A DNA stretch of 62,228 bases, the filler included. It is 12 parts of 12 records of this genome, joined end to end, with 100 filler letters (N's around TTAATTAATTAA, not from the genome) between each part and the next. Parts side by side here need not be neighbours in the genome. Positions count along the whole stretch, not along the records: positions 1 to 11,789 come from SRR15195285_3745; positions 11,890 to 15,731 come from SRR15195285_3753; 10 more parts are not named here. One strand, 5' to 3'. Positions 1-14,062 of the stretch are shown piece by piece (within the stretch, counting starts at the first letter, position 1; every line of letters begins with the position of its first letter). The translations under genes were made by a program, and so were the position numbers. A model generated the notes under the pieces. It saw only the letters and a program-made list of their open reading frames with translations, made no database searches and was not told the origin of the DNA.

Positions 1-3000
1 TCGTCTGCATTCACAGATGTCTCGCCATCGACGTCGAGGTGCTCACCCAGCGCTGATTCCGATGCCAGCTTCACTTTCCTTCTCCGCCAGCGAGAATGCA
101 GTTGGCGACACTGTTTGCTGGACTGGATATGATGCGTCATCACCAATCCACCACAAAACACAGGTACAAGGAGCATTGCCAGCGCAAATTCGATGTACCT
201 GGGCGAAAGCGCACGGACAAATCTTACAGCCACAGCTTCACTGCTCACTACAAGCAGTGGTGGCACGTTCGTACATGTCCATCGGTACTGCGCATTTGAC
301 GTCCAAGTAGCCCATAATGTCGCCCTTCAGAAGTCTTAGCATATCGAGAACTTCGTCAAATATTTTTGGGAACTTGACGGACATAATGACAGGGAATTGC
401 ATGATTACCTGAAAGTGCGACACCTGTGCGGCACGCATACGTGTACAGTGTCAGCTCTCTGCTGCAGGCAGACAGTTTAGGACCAGCAAGCATGATGCGC
501 ACGATAATTTTGAAGTACACCTGCGGGGACGCTTTCTCATCGCCCTCAGTTCCAACCAGGACATACCCATCGCCAAGAGCGGCCTCGGCCTCTCGTTTGC
601 GTCGCGCACGGGCAATCTGCCCGATCTTGACCGGAAGGTACACTAGTGCAAATGCTAGAGCAGCCAATATCACGAGTAGTTCAGTTATATTGCCGGAGAC
701 CGCCTTGCCCTCGCACGTTCTACATAGTTTCGTCGTGCCCCCCACAAAGTTGAGCCTAGCCTTCATCTCAGCGTTGGTTGCACTAAGGCATGATGCACAC
801 AACGCTCCGTCCGCATTGTGGCCGTCTCGGCAAATGTACTCAACGCGGCTCTGGTTTAGGATGTTGATGTTTCTATCGTTCTCTCTACCGTAAGTAGACA
901 GTGTGATCAGCATATCATCAGTCACCACAGCTCGATCCCTGTGTGTTTCGTAGATATCGTCAGTCATCGGTGGTGTGCCCATTTCGGCGTTATCTGCCTG
1001 GTAATAATTGCGCAGATCGGCCTCGGCATCCAGCAGATCAGCCTCCTCGTGCGATTCCAAACGAGTTACGAAGGTCGTGAAACGGTCTGCTCGTTCTTTC
1101 GGGCTGCCACCGTAATGTGTTCCGATTGCTGCTGCCATCAGATTTCTTTTGCCGTGCAGAGGAATTTGGGGAATCGCGTCGATCACAGATGCTCGAGAAT
1201 CATCGTTTGCTTCAGCCAGAGCTTCCGCGCTCGCAACCACACTTCTGTCCACAGTGAACCACTCTCCCAGACACATTTCATCAATAGGGCACCGAAAGAT
1301 GTGAATCTCAGTCTGGCAACCCTCATGCCATTCAGAACACTGGGTAGTGGGTTGATGCATGCGCTCATATAGGCTTTGCGCGGGGCCAGTCACTTCACCA
1401 TCTTCAAACTGTTCCTTGGACTCCCCAAAATCCGCCCTTCCCCACCCGGGCTCGATCATTGGTATCGATGAGATACCGTCAGGACCGACAACGCAGCGGA
1501 CGCAAGTGTCACCAGCATCAGCTTTCGGGCAACGCACGCACGAATGGAGCAGCGGTACATCATTCTGATAGTAATTGTGGGCAACCTCCAACTCGAAATC
1601 TGTGCGATCTGTAGCCCCGTCGCAGTTCCCGCTACATTGCAACATGTAGTTAGTGGCGTCGTAGTAGCCCGGAGCGCAGCGGCACTCGCCATGTGCCGCA
1701 ATCTGAGTATTGGGGCAGACAAAACACCCGGTTTGATCTGCCTTCATCACTTTGTCCGCAGGACAGCGGTTACACTTCTCGCCTGCGGCTGCCATCTTCC
1801 CTGGTGGACACGCAACGCAGCTACTGCCTTGCGCGTTAGGTTCAGTCCCGGGCTCGCATTTTTCACAGCCAGAACGCTCGGCATTCGGGATCCGCCCGTT
1901 GTCACAGCGGTGGCACGAGAGCGAGTACTCGACGTATCGGCAGTAGTAGCCTTGTTCGCAAGGGTTGTCTTGACAGTCGCCGAGCCCTGGCCTATTGCTG
2001 CCGTCCAGTTTGACCGACTTGATGTCATCATAAACGGCAAATGATATTTCTTTGAGCTTCAACGCCGTCGGCTCGTACAGGTACAGTGCAACGCCATCTT
2101 GATCGCTTGTGAGCTGATTGGCCTGAAACTGGCTGCCAACAATAGAGACGTTCATCCATATAGAAGATCTACTGGGCACCTCCGGCTCAACCTGCCCGGT
2201 ATGCACCTTGGCGTACACCCCAGCTCCAACCTGCGCTACGTTTGCAGTAAACGAAACGTTTGTTAGCTGGATAACGGATGAGCCCATCGCAAAGACACTG
2301 CCTCCGCGATTTGTTGCGTGGCTGGAACGCATTTCCAATGCTACCCCAGCCAGACGTGTGCTCTCGACCCAGATGGCCCCTCCATCAGCAGCCCCGTTGC
2401 CACTGAAAAAGACACGCTCCAACTCGAGTCGTTGATGCTCGCACCTCCAACGGCATGATGAATATATTGCACCACCGCGCAGTTTGGCCTGGTTGTCAAT
2501 GAATTCTGCGTTTGTCACCAGTACCTCAGCATCGAATATATACAGCGCCCCCCCACTCTGCGCGTGGGTGTTTTCTTTCACGCTTATGTACCGCAGCACG
2601 GCGCGTACCACACTGCGGACGTGCAAGCGATCAGGTGTCGCTGTGTAGTCGGTTCCGTTTTGCGATGTATGGCCCTGGACAACGAATGAATTTCGTGGCT
2701 CTGATAGTAGATCATGCGACGGCGTGTAGCTAAGAAGCCAGGCCCCACTCTCGTCTCCACTTTCGGGGTGTGGCATACCAGACGCCAGACCTTGTGGTAG
2801 ATCAGGCCACGAGCCTGTACCACGATCATAAGTGTAAACGCAGCTTGTGTCCTCCCGCGCTGAGTTTAGGACCCGCAGTTGGTACAGGTGAACCATGCAA
2901 ACGCTACCAACAACTGACCCATCTTGGTAAATGCTGAGGCTGTCGTCAGAAGCGTACGAGAACGGCAAAGTGAAGACATCGGATGAGTGAAACTGCGAGT

Positions 3001-6000
3001 ATATCACGTTGCCACCCACGCTCACAGTGATCTTGCAGGCTGCGTTGTCGTGGTGCATAGCCATCGTCAACTCCGCCTGGTTATATCCCTGCGGAAGAGT
3101 TCCAAGGGTCATTGCGCTCGAGCAGTCTCCAGCACAGCCAAACCCGGCATATGTGCCCGTCGCCCCGTTCATACAGGTCTCACATCGACCCCCATCGCAT
3201 GCACCAGACAATCCATCAGAGTAACAATCGTCGAACGCATCGATCCTGTCCACCGTCCATCCAGCCCCAGCAAGTGACCAACACACCCCAGCTTCGCCGT
3301 ATAACAACGGGCAGTCAACGTCAGTCGGAGCGTTTATGCCGTTGCGACCGAATGTAATGGCAACCGTGGGCGGTGCTTCAGTGTGCTGACAGTCCACATG
3401 GAAATGTTGAGCCAGAGCTCCACCATTGTACTCGCAAAACTCGATATCAGCTGCCGATGTTGGCTCATAATTGGTAGCAAGCCAGTCGCTACATCCGGTG
3501 GGACTGCAATCTGCTTCTGCGCGCCCGGCACCATCGTGACGGGTCGTCTGCCCAACAGAGCATTGCGCGCATTCAGCCGCAACGTCCTGTGCACCGCGGT
3601 AAGTGCCAGCCCTACATGAGGCGCACACCCGCGCATCCTCTACGATACGCTCGAATTTGCCCGCAGAGCATGACTCACACTGCCAGCGAGAGGTCGCACC
3701 TCGAGAGGCCGTTGAGCCTGTGGGACACATTGTGCACGCGGACACTCCAGCAAGTGCAGAGTACATACCCATTGGACATTGTACGCATTCGGTTGTAGCG
3801 TCAGTATCGTGATCATACCGGCCCGCAGCGCATTCGCGGCAAACATCAGATCGGCGAACGCTAATGGCATCAATGAAAAACGATAGTCCGTACGGGGGTC
3901 CATGCAAACGTTCCCGTTCGGACTGAAATGGTGCCTTGTTCTCAAATCTAATGACTGCATATGTTGAAGATGACTCAAAGCTCACGGTAACGCTTTCAAA
4001 CCGGTCATTATGAATGGCCGCTGGACCCCACACTGTACGACCGTTGACGTACACTTCGACCTTGACACCAGCTTCTCCCATCAGCGGCTTTGCCATTGCA
4101 AAGCTGAGCTGATATCGAGCCCGTGGAGTGATCGCTGTGACGTTCTGCTCGATATACGCCTTTGAACCTGCGATTGCCAGGTATTGAGCACCGCTCGGTG
4201 CCGCACGAGCGTCTCTCAGTTCGTTTCCCCAGGCTGTGTTGAGCCCATTGGCAGGGCTACGGATGAGCAGCGCGCCCCAGTAGCGCCCTGAATCCACCGT
4301 TCCCTGCCACCCACTTGGAATGAGAAACTCATCGCCAGTACTCTCGTGCTCAAAGTCCCCGTTGGTGACCGATGCGTACTCAGTTTCAGTACCAGTTGGG
4401 CACTGAGTGCACTGAACAGAGCCGTATCCATCCGAGTACTGACCGGAAGGGCAGGGATCGCATGGAGTCAACGCGCTGCTGTCTGTGTCATACATTCCGG
4501 GGCTACAGGCAGAACAGCTTGCGCCCGAATCGCTCATTTGCGATCCTCCGACCACAACGCTACCATCTGTAGCATCGATTGTCAGCAAGCTGTAGACATT
4601 AGAAAAGTCTATCGGGTACACAATCGCCGTAGAGTAATTCGCAGTGATAAACCCGCCGACACTGAGCTGCAACTGCGCCAGTGAGCCCCAGTGTTGGCCT
4701 CCGGATACAGAGTTTCCAATGGCGGCTATGTCAACACTTCCTGATGTGCACATGGCGGCTTCGGCAGCAGCAGGCAGGTTGTTCGTCGTAGTGCCGACCA
4801 GCGCACTGTCCACGTAGTGGTGCACAACCTCACTCGTCACTGTCATCACGACATTATGCCACTCCGGTCCCAACGGCTGCGAAAAGATGCTGATCGACAA
4901 GTCGTCAGTGCAAGAATCGACATCGGGTGTTGCTGTAGGCGGTAGTGAGTCTCCGCAGCGACATTCCATTGGCGAGTTCTGGCTTGGTTGTCGCTGGCGT
5001 GGACGAGTTCCCACGTTCTCCTCCTTGGCGCAGCACGTGTTTCCACAGTCGCACCATCCAAAGCCTTCGAACAGTTCCCGAATGTCATGGAACCTCCCCA
5101 GCGACACAAACCCCTCCGTGCAGGTTAACCGTCTGTCGCATTCAGCTTCGTTGCCATTAGTTGTCACGCAGCAGTTGGAGTCCATCCTCCCCCTGTCCTG
5201 CAAGCATGGCCGACCACGCGTTTCGCAAGGCAGGTCGCGCCAGCAGAGTGCCCCGGGGGAGTGTGGAGCCCACCAGCCACAGCCGGCTGTGACCAGGCAG
5301 CTCTCCTCGTCCAGGCACGCGTTGCAGTGCTCATTGCTGTCGTTGCCGCACAGGAGTCCATCCTCCGACGGAGGCTCCCAGTCTGTGACGCCAAAGTACG
5401 TGCTGTCGCGGCACTGCTCTGCGCACGCGCCTAATGAGGTTACAATGGTTGGGGAGCTTTCGCTCTGCCAGGCGCTCCCGCCGCCAGCTTTACTCACTGA
5501 AACTGTGTAGTTCGAGTTCTCGCTGAGACGTAACTGGTGCGTTCCAAAAGTGGGCGTGTCCCAGCGAGTTGCATCGTAAGCTTGAAGGCCTCCATCCGAC
5601 GAGAGCAGCGGTTCGGAAAGACGCCCACCGCGCTGCCACTCGCGGTCCTGCATACGGTAGCTGCCCGTCTGGTTGCGGTCGTCGAAGGACCAGAAAAGCC
5701 ACTTCGATTGGTCAACAATTTTGATCTCAACCCCACCAAGCGCCCACGACTCCGGGTTGTCGCCTTCTGCATCGCAGGATTGGTCCAGGCTTGTGGTCAC
5801 CCTCAGCGTTAGCTGCGCTGCGCTGTGGGGTCCCCGGTAAGAGACGTGTGTCTGCATTGGCGGGGCGTCCTTGCCTTGGTGCTCGAATAGTTGACGCCAG
5901 ATGTAGTCATCGTCTACAGCGACTCGCCCAGCTTCGCCCCTTTCCCACGAGCCGTACACAAAAAAGTCCAGCTCGATGGAGACCTCTGTGTGTGGCCAGT

Positions 6001-9000
6001 CGGTCTCAAACGTTCTCTCGAGCACCACGCTGTCGCAGAATACGCCACGACCGCCGCCCACCGCCTGACCATTCTCGATTCCGAACGCCGCTGTTTTGTT
6101 GAACGTCTCCGATACTCCTGCTATCTGCCACTCGTCCCAGTTTGAGTCTGCAAAGTCATCTGTGTAATCGATCCCGCGGCGGCATCCCTCCTGCCCTCCG
6201 ACCCATATACACCCTGAATGTTCTGTGCATGAGGTTAGTCCGGTGCAGCCAAAGCAGTACTGCGCGTGGCATTCGTAGCCTGCTGCCGCGGTATCGTAGC
6301 TGTACATGTACGTCTCAGTCTGGTGGTTATGGTACGCCATATGGTAAGACTGGTCAGTCCCCCACTGCGCAGCAGGCGCGTACTGCCCGTTGTACTTCTG
6401 GTCTGGGTGCCCCTGAACGGCCAGTTCATCCCAGTCAGCCAGGTAGCAGCCGACGTGGTGGTCCGACTGCAGGATCATGGAGTCGAGGGTGCTGTGCTGC
6501 CACGTCGGCATGTCGGAAGCACTGGCATAATTGTCATCGACCGGAATGCCGCAGACCGAAGGGACGTGACCGTAACCGTCCTCAAGCGATAGCGTAAGTC
6601 CCCAATCTGCCCATTTACCGAACTCCGCCCGTGGCACCTGCCCAATCTCTGGGTCCAAAGGCCCAGCTGGTCCGTAAACCATCACATGTGGCTGATGCAT
6701 AATCTCTGGAGTGTCGGGTTGGCTTGAGCCCCAGTTGGTGTAGTCTGTCGGAGTCGAGTCTGTCCACGTCCACGTCGTTCCGTCGTCGGCAGTGAAGAGC
6801 CCGATCCAGAAGCCGATGGAGCCAGTGTAGCCCGCGGCTTGGAAGATTTGCGCCTCGTCGTCGGCGCTGTGCATGCTGGCCAAGTGGCCACCCTGAGCAA
6901 CACAAGCGGCCTCTGCGGATAGCCAGGTTAGGTGTTCCTGGTTGTACGTGAACCTGAAGCGCTGGGCGGGACCAAGGCAGGGCAGCTGTGGCGGCGGTGG
7001 CGTGGGCAGGCCGAGGCCGGCGGCATCGACTGTCTTGCGGACGGCCAGGAACATACCCATGATTCCCGCCTGTTCCACATATACCCTCGATAGCCGCGGG
7101 CAGGTCGGCTGACAGTAACAGTTTCCGGAATCCCCAAATTGTGCGGACGGCCAGAAGTCAACTCCACTCAATTCGGGAAAGATGGACAAGCACTGTGTCC
7201 AACACTCATCCAGAGTGTTGACAGTTTGTCCCTGGTTGTCGCTGTCACACCAACCAGCATTCGGGTAGACGACGTACTCGATGTTGGAACACATCGGCAG
7301 GGCCTCACAGTCGACCGCCACCGTGTCGTCGTCGCAGGCCCCGATCGTGACGAGCTCGCCGTTGCTTCGAGCCGAAGTGTCGTAATCGACGGTCATGTAG
7401 GGGTCGACAGGCATCGGCTGCAAGACGGTGCCGTCGGGCAGCGTCACGCCCACCCCAGCATTACCCATTTCCAGATTATTTACAGTTAGCACCTGCAGTG
7501 GGTACGCACGACCTGCCTTCAGCTGCTGGGGCCTGCTCCGCTGCTCTGGATACTTTTCCCACTCAGCGGCACCGGCCCACCCAGGCACAGAGGCGATGTT
7601 GTCTTCCACTCGATCGTTGTAAGGGTCCGTGAGGTATAGTTCGGTCTCATCGTCGCCAGTCAGCCAAAACGTATAGTCGCCGTCCTGTGGAGCGTGGAAC
7701 GTGCCTTGCAATCGGTGCGCTACATATGGGATCGAAACGAGCGTCTCGAAAGAAGCGTCCAGGATCTCCACGCTGTCCGGCAAATCGGGGTACCCGGGAA
7801 GTCGCTCGAGAGCCTCAATGCATGAGTGTCCAGCCCAAGTTCCACCCGCAAAAGTTCCAAGTTGAGTTCCTGCTTGGTCCCACGTCTCCACGGTCACACC
7901 GAAGGCGTCGGTCCTGAAAGCGTCGAGATCGGCTAGCAAGACATGGCGCGTGTGTGTCAGCAACGACCCGTTCAGTGGAATGTCGTACTCGAACGCTTTG
8001 ACCCATCCCTGTACAGCAAATTCACCATTGACACGGAGCCCGGTGTCTTTAAGCAGCAACGCGTCGCCTGCACCGAAGCTGACCCCGCCCATCGACTCAT
8101 GCAGCTCACGCGGCGCCCCACCGACCACAGACGGAACCGAGGCATACGTGCCTGGCAAGCACACCCCACAGGCACGCTCGTCCTGAATATCCGTGAACCC
8201 TCTTGGGCAGCCAAGAACTTTGTACACGCTGATGTACAGCCTAGCATCATCAACCAATAAAGGTGCGCCGCCACACATGTATGACGAATCACCACCGCAG
8301 GGTTGAAGGCACAAGGCAGCTGACTGTTGTTCTGTCCACTCAGGCTCTCCACCACACGCGCACCGACCGTCGTGCCCCACTGCAATGTAGTCCGCGTCAC
8401 AGATGTTGCTACACTGCAACGGTGACGCAGTAGCAGCTGGCAGCGTGTGCCGTGTCTCCGCGGCAAGCGTTGGATGAGTACTGCTGAGCACCCAGCAGCC
8501 AACGTATTCAAGGTCACGTCCAGTCTGTGGAAGATCCCGAATCCCTTCTGCTTGAGCCTTCAAGGCGCAATAGGATTCGAGCTCACCGGAATGTGAAGCT
8601 GGACAGTGGACATACATCTCTGGGTCGTCGCAGCAGTCGACACATTGCAGCTCTGAACCCGTGTGACACTCGACGGTACTACAAGACTGCAATGTGATGC
8701 TTTCACAGGATGAACAGACACGCGTGGAGTCACAGAAGAAGCCGACATCGCAGTCGGAATGGGCCGCACACACCGACATGCCCACACCATCTCCGAGCGT
8801 GAAACCCATCGTAGCTGACTGAGGGCGAATGTGCAGCTCGAGCCCTTCGAGCGAACCATCGCAGCCCGCTGGGTCGGCGCTACGTACCATCTCACAGTCC
8901 CGAGGTCGCAATGATATGCCAGGTCTACAGGTGCCACTATCCTCAACTGTGTCAGGTTTGTACACCACAGCGGCGCACCGTGCAGTCTCTACACACTTGG

Positions 9001-11789
9001 CTTTGCACTGAGCAACTGTCTGACCTGGGTACACTGCAATACGATGCTGCTGTGTCACGCAGCCTGGCCGTCGCACTGCCCAACGCCCCGGGCTACTTTC
9101 CACGACAGAGGGCTTGCACCACACCTGCGTGTTGTGGCTGCTAGACGCCTGCTCCGAAAGCGACACTGCGGGAGAAAACGTCCATATGTGCGACTGGCCT
9201 GTTTCGAATTGATGAACTTCGCCGTCTACTGTGATTTGCACAAAGCCATCTTGTCCAGGTCTACCATCGCCGAGCCCACCGCTTCCATATTGTGCTCCCA
9301 ACGAGCTGCCAGAGGATTCTACAGTGCAGTACTGTGCATGGCAGTAGCCAGAGCCACCACCACCACCACCGATGGTGTTCGGCTCTTCGTATCGTCCACC
9401 CTCTCCACCGTACCATCCACCACCACCGCCACCACCTTTGCTGTACGTACTGCCCGCCTGCCCTCCTGCAAATTGGGTTCCGTCGTTCCCCTGCGTCTGC
9501 AGTGGCTGGGAGCTCCCGACGTTGTTGCTTCCGCCAGCTGTCTGAGTTCCTCCACCAGATGGTGGTGCTTGAGTGTCGTATGGTGCCCCGCCGTCCGCTC
9601 CTTCCGGGTAACCTCCATCGCCACCTCTGTTGCCTCTTCCAATTCTGGATGCTCCGCCACCGCCGCCACCACCAGCCATCATCAGCGTGCTGTCTGGATC
9701 AAACTGAGCGCTGTAGGCGGCTGCGGTATGTGTAACTCCTATGACCTCTTGCTGCACCGTCGACGACAACAGCCATATCCCACTCGCTCCACCCCCTCCT
9801 CCTGAGTATTGGTTATCACGGTACCCAGTCGTCGCGTGTACAGCTCCCCCGCCTCCCAAGTTCCAGATGGTCTGAAACGGTTCCCCATGCTGGCCGGCGA
9901 CGACAAGCAGTCGGAGAGGCTGCCCAGTTGGTAGTGGCAACCTGATTTCGCCTACCATGGACCCACCTGCGCCACCGTCCGCACCGAACCCCCAGCCACC
10001 TCGCGCGCCTGACGCGCCTCCTGCACCCACCATCTGCACATGCAGCACGACTTCGTCGGGTGCGGGCAAAGCCTTGATCTGTGCGGCGCAGAGCTCTACC
10101 AGTGCCCCAACCGGCAGGGAGCTCGAGTAGGTGCTGTTCAGAGCGCCATCGGGGCCGGCGAGCCTATCGATACCCACACGGCTCGCTTCTGGCCCTACCG
10201 CAGTCTTCATCACTAGCGTCCAGCCACCGTCAGACATATCACAGTGCACTGGCAGGAGCTGTCCTGTCACCAAAATCGTGTACGTACCAGTGCGTGACGA
10301 CGGATCTTCTTGGTATATCTCTGCGCACGACGTGTGCCGCGGGAACTGGCACGTCGTCCACTGAGCCTCGGCGTCTGAGCTGGTCATCCCGAACTCTGCA
10401 AAGCACGACCCTGTGCCGTCACGGGGCATGGTGGCGCCGTTGGCTTCTGGCCGCATCGACATGACCATCTGAAAGCAGGCATCTGTACTGTCCGCCACAC
10501 CAACCAGCTGGTCATACTCGCTTACACCGTTGCCCACTACGAATTGGCACTCAAAATGGTCTCCTTTTGTACTCTCTACTCGCAGCGCGTCAGCATGGTC
10601 AAACAAACACGTTTCCCACTCGCTGTCTCTATCCGTTCCAATCATGTCAAACTCTGCGAAGCAGTCAAATCCTCCGATGCGAAGAAATGTTGCTCCATTG
10701 GCACGTGGATGCCTGGCACGAACGAGTCGTGCGCAGTCGTCGGCATTTCGTGCTTTCCCTACATGTGCCTCCGCGCCACCGACTCCCTGACCGGCGACGA
10801 AATTGCATACCTGATCAGCCACAAGGGCGCGAGCGGCGGCTACCTCGTCCATGAACTCCGTCCCGGCGATGACCAGACCTGGTGCGCCGGCCAGGTTCAC
10901 GGCAACGCTGCATGATGTGTCGAAATCTAGGTCACCAGGCGAAGTCAGTGCACCGGTGGCGACGACCGGTGTCTGGCTCGACACATCCGTCAGGCCATCC
11001 TGACGACGGCCCCACACCTCGATCTCACATACTGTGAGGGCACGCGTGCGCGATGAAACAATTGTGATGAATTGGGCAGCAACATCGCCGCAGTCCACGC
11101 CTTCCGGTAATTGGGCTGATGCACTAAGCACGCCACACACGACTCCGTGGGTATGATCGGGCGTCACACTGGCTAAGATCTGCGCTCCGTTCAGCTGCTG
11201 CTGGCAGCAGTCGGCACGATGGTACAGTGCCACATGATCAATATGGACGACATGTCCAAGATCCAGCTGCCACCAAGATGGCAACGACTGTGCCTGAGTC
11301 TGCGCACACGAGCCGCTAGAAAACTGCCCACTTGTGTCGCCATCGATCGCATGACCAGGATGACCACCCTCTGCAGCACCGGTCTGACGCGTATGTCCAC
11401 ACACTACAATCCCCTCCCTGGCAGGTAGACAGGGCTGGCTAGGCAATCCACGTGCCAGGTCTTCCAGACCCGACGCTGCGTGAGTCTGTTGCACAGTGAA
11501 CGCGCTCAACGATGGTTCGTTGCAAGCATTGTTGTCAATAGGAACCAACGCGACGTCCATGGATGCCGACAATGCAGTGAAGTCATACGTAATATAGGCT
11601 GCTGTACTAGATGCACTCACACCGCCCTGAATGTCGGCTGGAGCAAAGGACTGAACTATTGCGTCACCATCTGCGAACACATCGAATACCGACATGCACA
11701 CCTGTTCGTAAAACAACAGCTGCAATCTGTACATAGACCCGATGCTAAGGCCGCCGACAGCCAACACAAGCTCAGTCTGCGTTCCATTT
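1..11789 (-). CDS. Giant (>3,800 aa, both ends truncated) cell-surface multidomain protein: fucolectin/F5-8C, PAN-like repeats, fibrinogen-like start, Gly-rich domain, WSC, LamG, PA14, C-type lectin, galactose-binding-like domain, Cys-rich (TNFR/GCC-like) repeats, Pmp-type beta-helix, multi-TM C-terminus
   Basis: ORF 356..11767 is open up to the gap. Motifs: HAIDGD...WWQLDLG...VCEIEVW (fucolectin); SCAEI...VHCDMSDGGWTLVMK (fibrinogen); TWLSAEAACVAQGGHLAS...WIGL...YTNW (C-type lectin); FxxN..GGAI[YW] repeats; CxxCxxGxY repeats. The 3' end is spliced: introns 424-502 (GTGCGC..CAG) and 199-274 (GTACGA..CAG) join YFKII|VSHFQVIMQF...DM|YIEFALAMLL, and the frame runs off the window start. Confidence 0.85.
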
Positions 11790-11889
11790 NNNNNNNNNNN
11801 NNNNNNNNNNNNNNNNNNNNNNNNNNNNNNNNNTTAATTAATTAANNNNNNNNNNNNNNNNNNNNNNNNNNNNNNNNNNNNNNNNNNNN
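11790..11889. other. Artificial contig linker (N44-TTAATTAATTAA-N44)
   Basis: Six-frame-stop linker inside an N run. Confidence 0.98.
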
Positions 11890-13744
11890 GTGCGTGCAGG
11901 CTCGCGCTGTGCCAACGGCGAGTGCCAAACTGGCACAGGTGGGAAAGGCTGCGCTGCGTGCGCAGAGGGATTCTTCACTGCCGGCTCAACGTGCCAGCAA
12001 TGCCCAGAGTCGCTGCAGCTACTCATCCCTGTGGCGGTCGTGGGGCTCGTGGGCCTTCTGGCTGCTGCGAAAGGCCTCTGGATGGTGTCAGCGGTAAAGA
12101 TCGACAGCAAGCATGTGGACGAGGAGACTCGCAACGACACAGAAGATACCGCAGCAGCGATCCAGGTCTCCGCGAACGCTGCACAAGCTGCTGCGCGCAT
12201 TTCCAACTCAGGAATCATCAGCAGCATTGCATTCCCCGCCATCTTCCAGATATCGATCACTTTCACGATGCCGTTCGGGTGTGATCGGCGCGATGCCTGA
12301 TTCTTGGCCTTCTGGTCTAGGTTTGCATAGCTCTTGGCACTGTTGCGAACAGAACCCTAACACACGAGCTTGCTGTACGCAGGTTTCCGCCAGTGCTGGT
12401 CGCCTTCGCCGACTGGGTCGGTGCGATCGTGTCCTTCGACGTTGGGCAAGTTGGATCTCCAGAGTGCGCTCTGCCGGGTGATGCGGAGACAGCTCTCCTG
12501 TCGAAGTTCTTGCTTACGGTATGCATCGCTCAATTCAGCCTTCAGTGTCGCATCGGTTTGCTTCACTAACTCTCTGCTGTGTTCCTTAGCACGCTGGATT
12601 CGTGTTGATGAGCGCAATCCTCACCGTACCGGAGCTGACCACGTGCTTTCGGTCTGAAGCGCACCGGACCCTGCACTCAATCAACGTAAGCAGTTTGTCC
12701 AGTGTGGTTGCAGTAGTTGATGCTGCGCAAGTGCCTGACTTGCGAATTGAACTGCTGACGATTAGGCCCGGACCGCCTTCTTCACGATGGCAGTTGGGGC
12801 GCTGACCAAGAGCTGCGCCAAGGTAAGCGCCTCTCGGTCTCGCAGTATGTTTCACATCACTCTGATCTGCATATTGTTGCTCACATTGCACCTTGTATCT
12901 CCAGATGCTGGACTGCACCAGCAATCCAGACGGTACCATCACTCTCGACACGATGCCTGATATGATTTGCTGGGAAGGGGACCACTTCGTATTCGCAGCG
13001 TTAGGTGCGGCCGGGTTGCTGTTCTACAGTGTGTTGGTGCCACGCAAGCTGTTTCTCACCGTAAAGAGCAGTGCGGCTGACGGCGAATGGACGGAGCAAG
13101 AGCTAGAGTCACATGGCTGGCTGCTGCTGAAGGTGAGCACTGCGTCTTAGCCATGGCCTGTCGTTCGGCTACCGCGGCTGACGCGTGTGTGTCCGGTGTG
13201 ATACGGTGCGATGCGCGTGCAGTACAAGCCAAGGCGTTGGTGGTTCGATTTCCCGCTGCTCTACAACAAGATCCTCTTTGCCGTGCTCTCTGTCCTGATG
13301 GACTCGGACGCTCAGGCGTGGAACCTTCTGTTCACCTGGACCACGTTGACGACAGCGACACTGGTGCTCGTCGTGGTGGACAAGCCGTTTCGCGATCCAG
13401 ATCGACTCGATTGGGAGGGCCTCACTCTTGCGGACAAGCTGATGGTCGTCTCGCAGCTAGCACAGCTCGTGAACTACCTCGTGGCGGCATTGTGTCTGCG
13501 CAGCAAGGAGAGACGTCTGGCGGAAGGCAGCTTCGGCACTAGCGAGGAGGTGGAGCTGTTGGCCGCGGTGGTTGGCTTTGCGTTAGTTGCCGTGCAGGCT
13601 GCGGGCATGCTCTACGCGTATCGCTACGAGCGCGCCAAGGGTACGAGCACCAGCGCGGAACGAGAGGAAGAGCGGGCACCGGGCGAAATTGCAAAGGTAG
13701 ATATGGAGTTCGCGAACCCGGTGGCCGTCGACAGCCCAGAGTGA
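11890..13744 (+). CDS. 5'-truncated, multi-exon Cys-rich + multi-TM membrane protein; same general family as the C-terminus of the giant protein
   Basis: GKGCAACAEGFFTAGSTCQQCP followed by a TM helix, FQISIT, MLDCTSNPDG..MICWEGDH, YKPRRWWF and further TM helices. Several GT-AG introns (e.g. donor GTGAGC near 13133). Stop TGA at 13742-13744. Confidence 0.75.
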
Positions 13745-14062
13745 CGCCATCTGAATGGCTCATGGACGGAGAACAAGAGGTCAAATTTGAAAAGCCAGAT
13801 GTTTTTGCGTGCGTTCAGGACGAAACTAAGGACAGCGGCAGCACGCGAAACTCATTTGACTCGTTGCATTGCGCGTTCTCCATCAGAAGCAGCAAGGACG
13901 ACAACAAGGTCTCGTTGCGTAGAACGCATTGTACGGGACTGGTCATTCAGCGTAGTATATGTACATTCATTATGTGTGAAGAGAGGCTATCCTATCTACA
14001 GCACAGGCACACCAATCTTGATGCAACGCTACGCCACTCGAGTCAGCCTCTACCTTTTGCAG

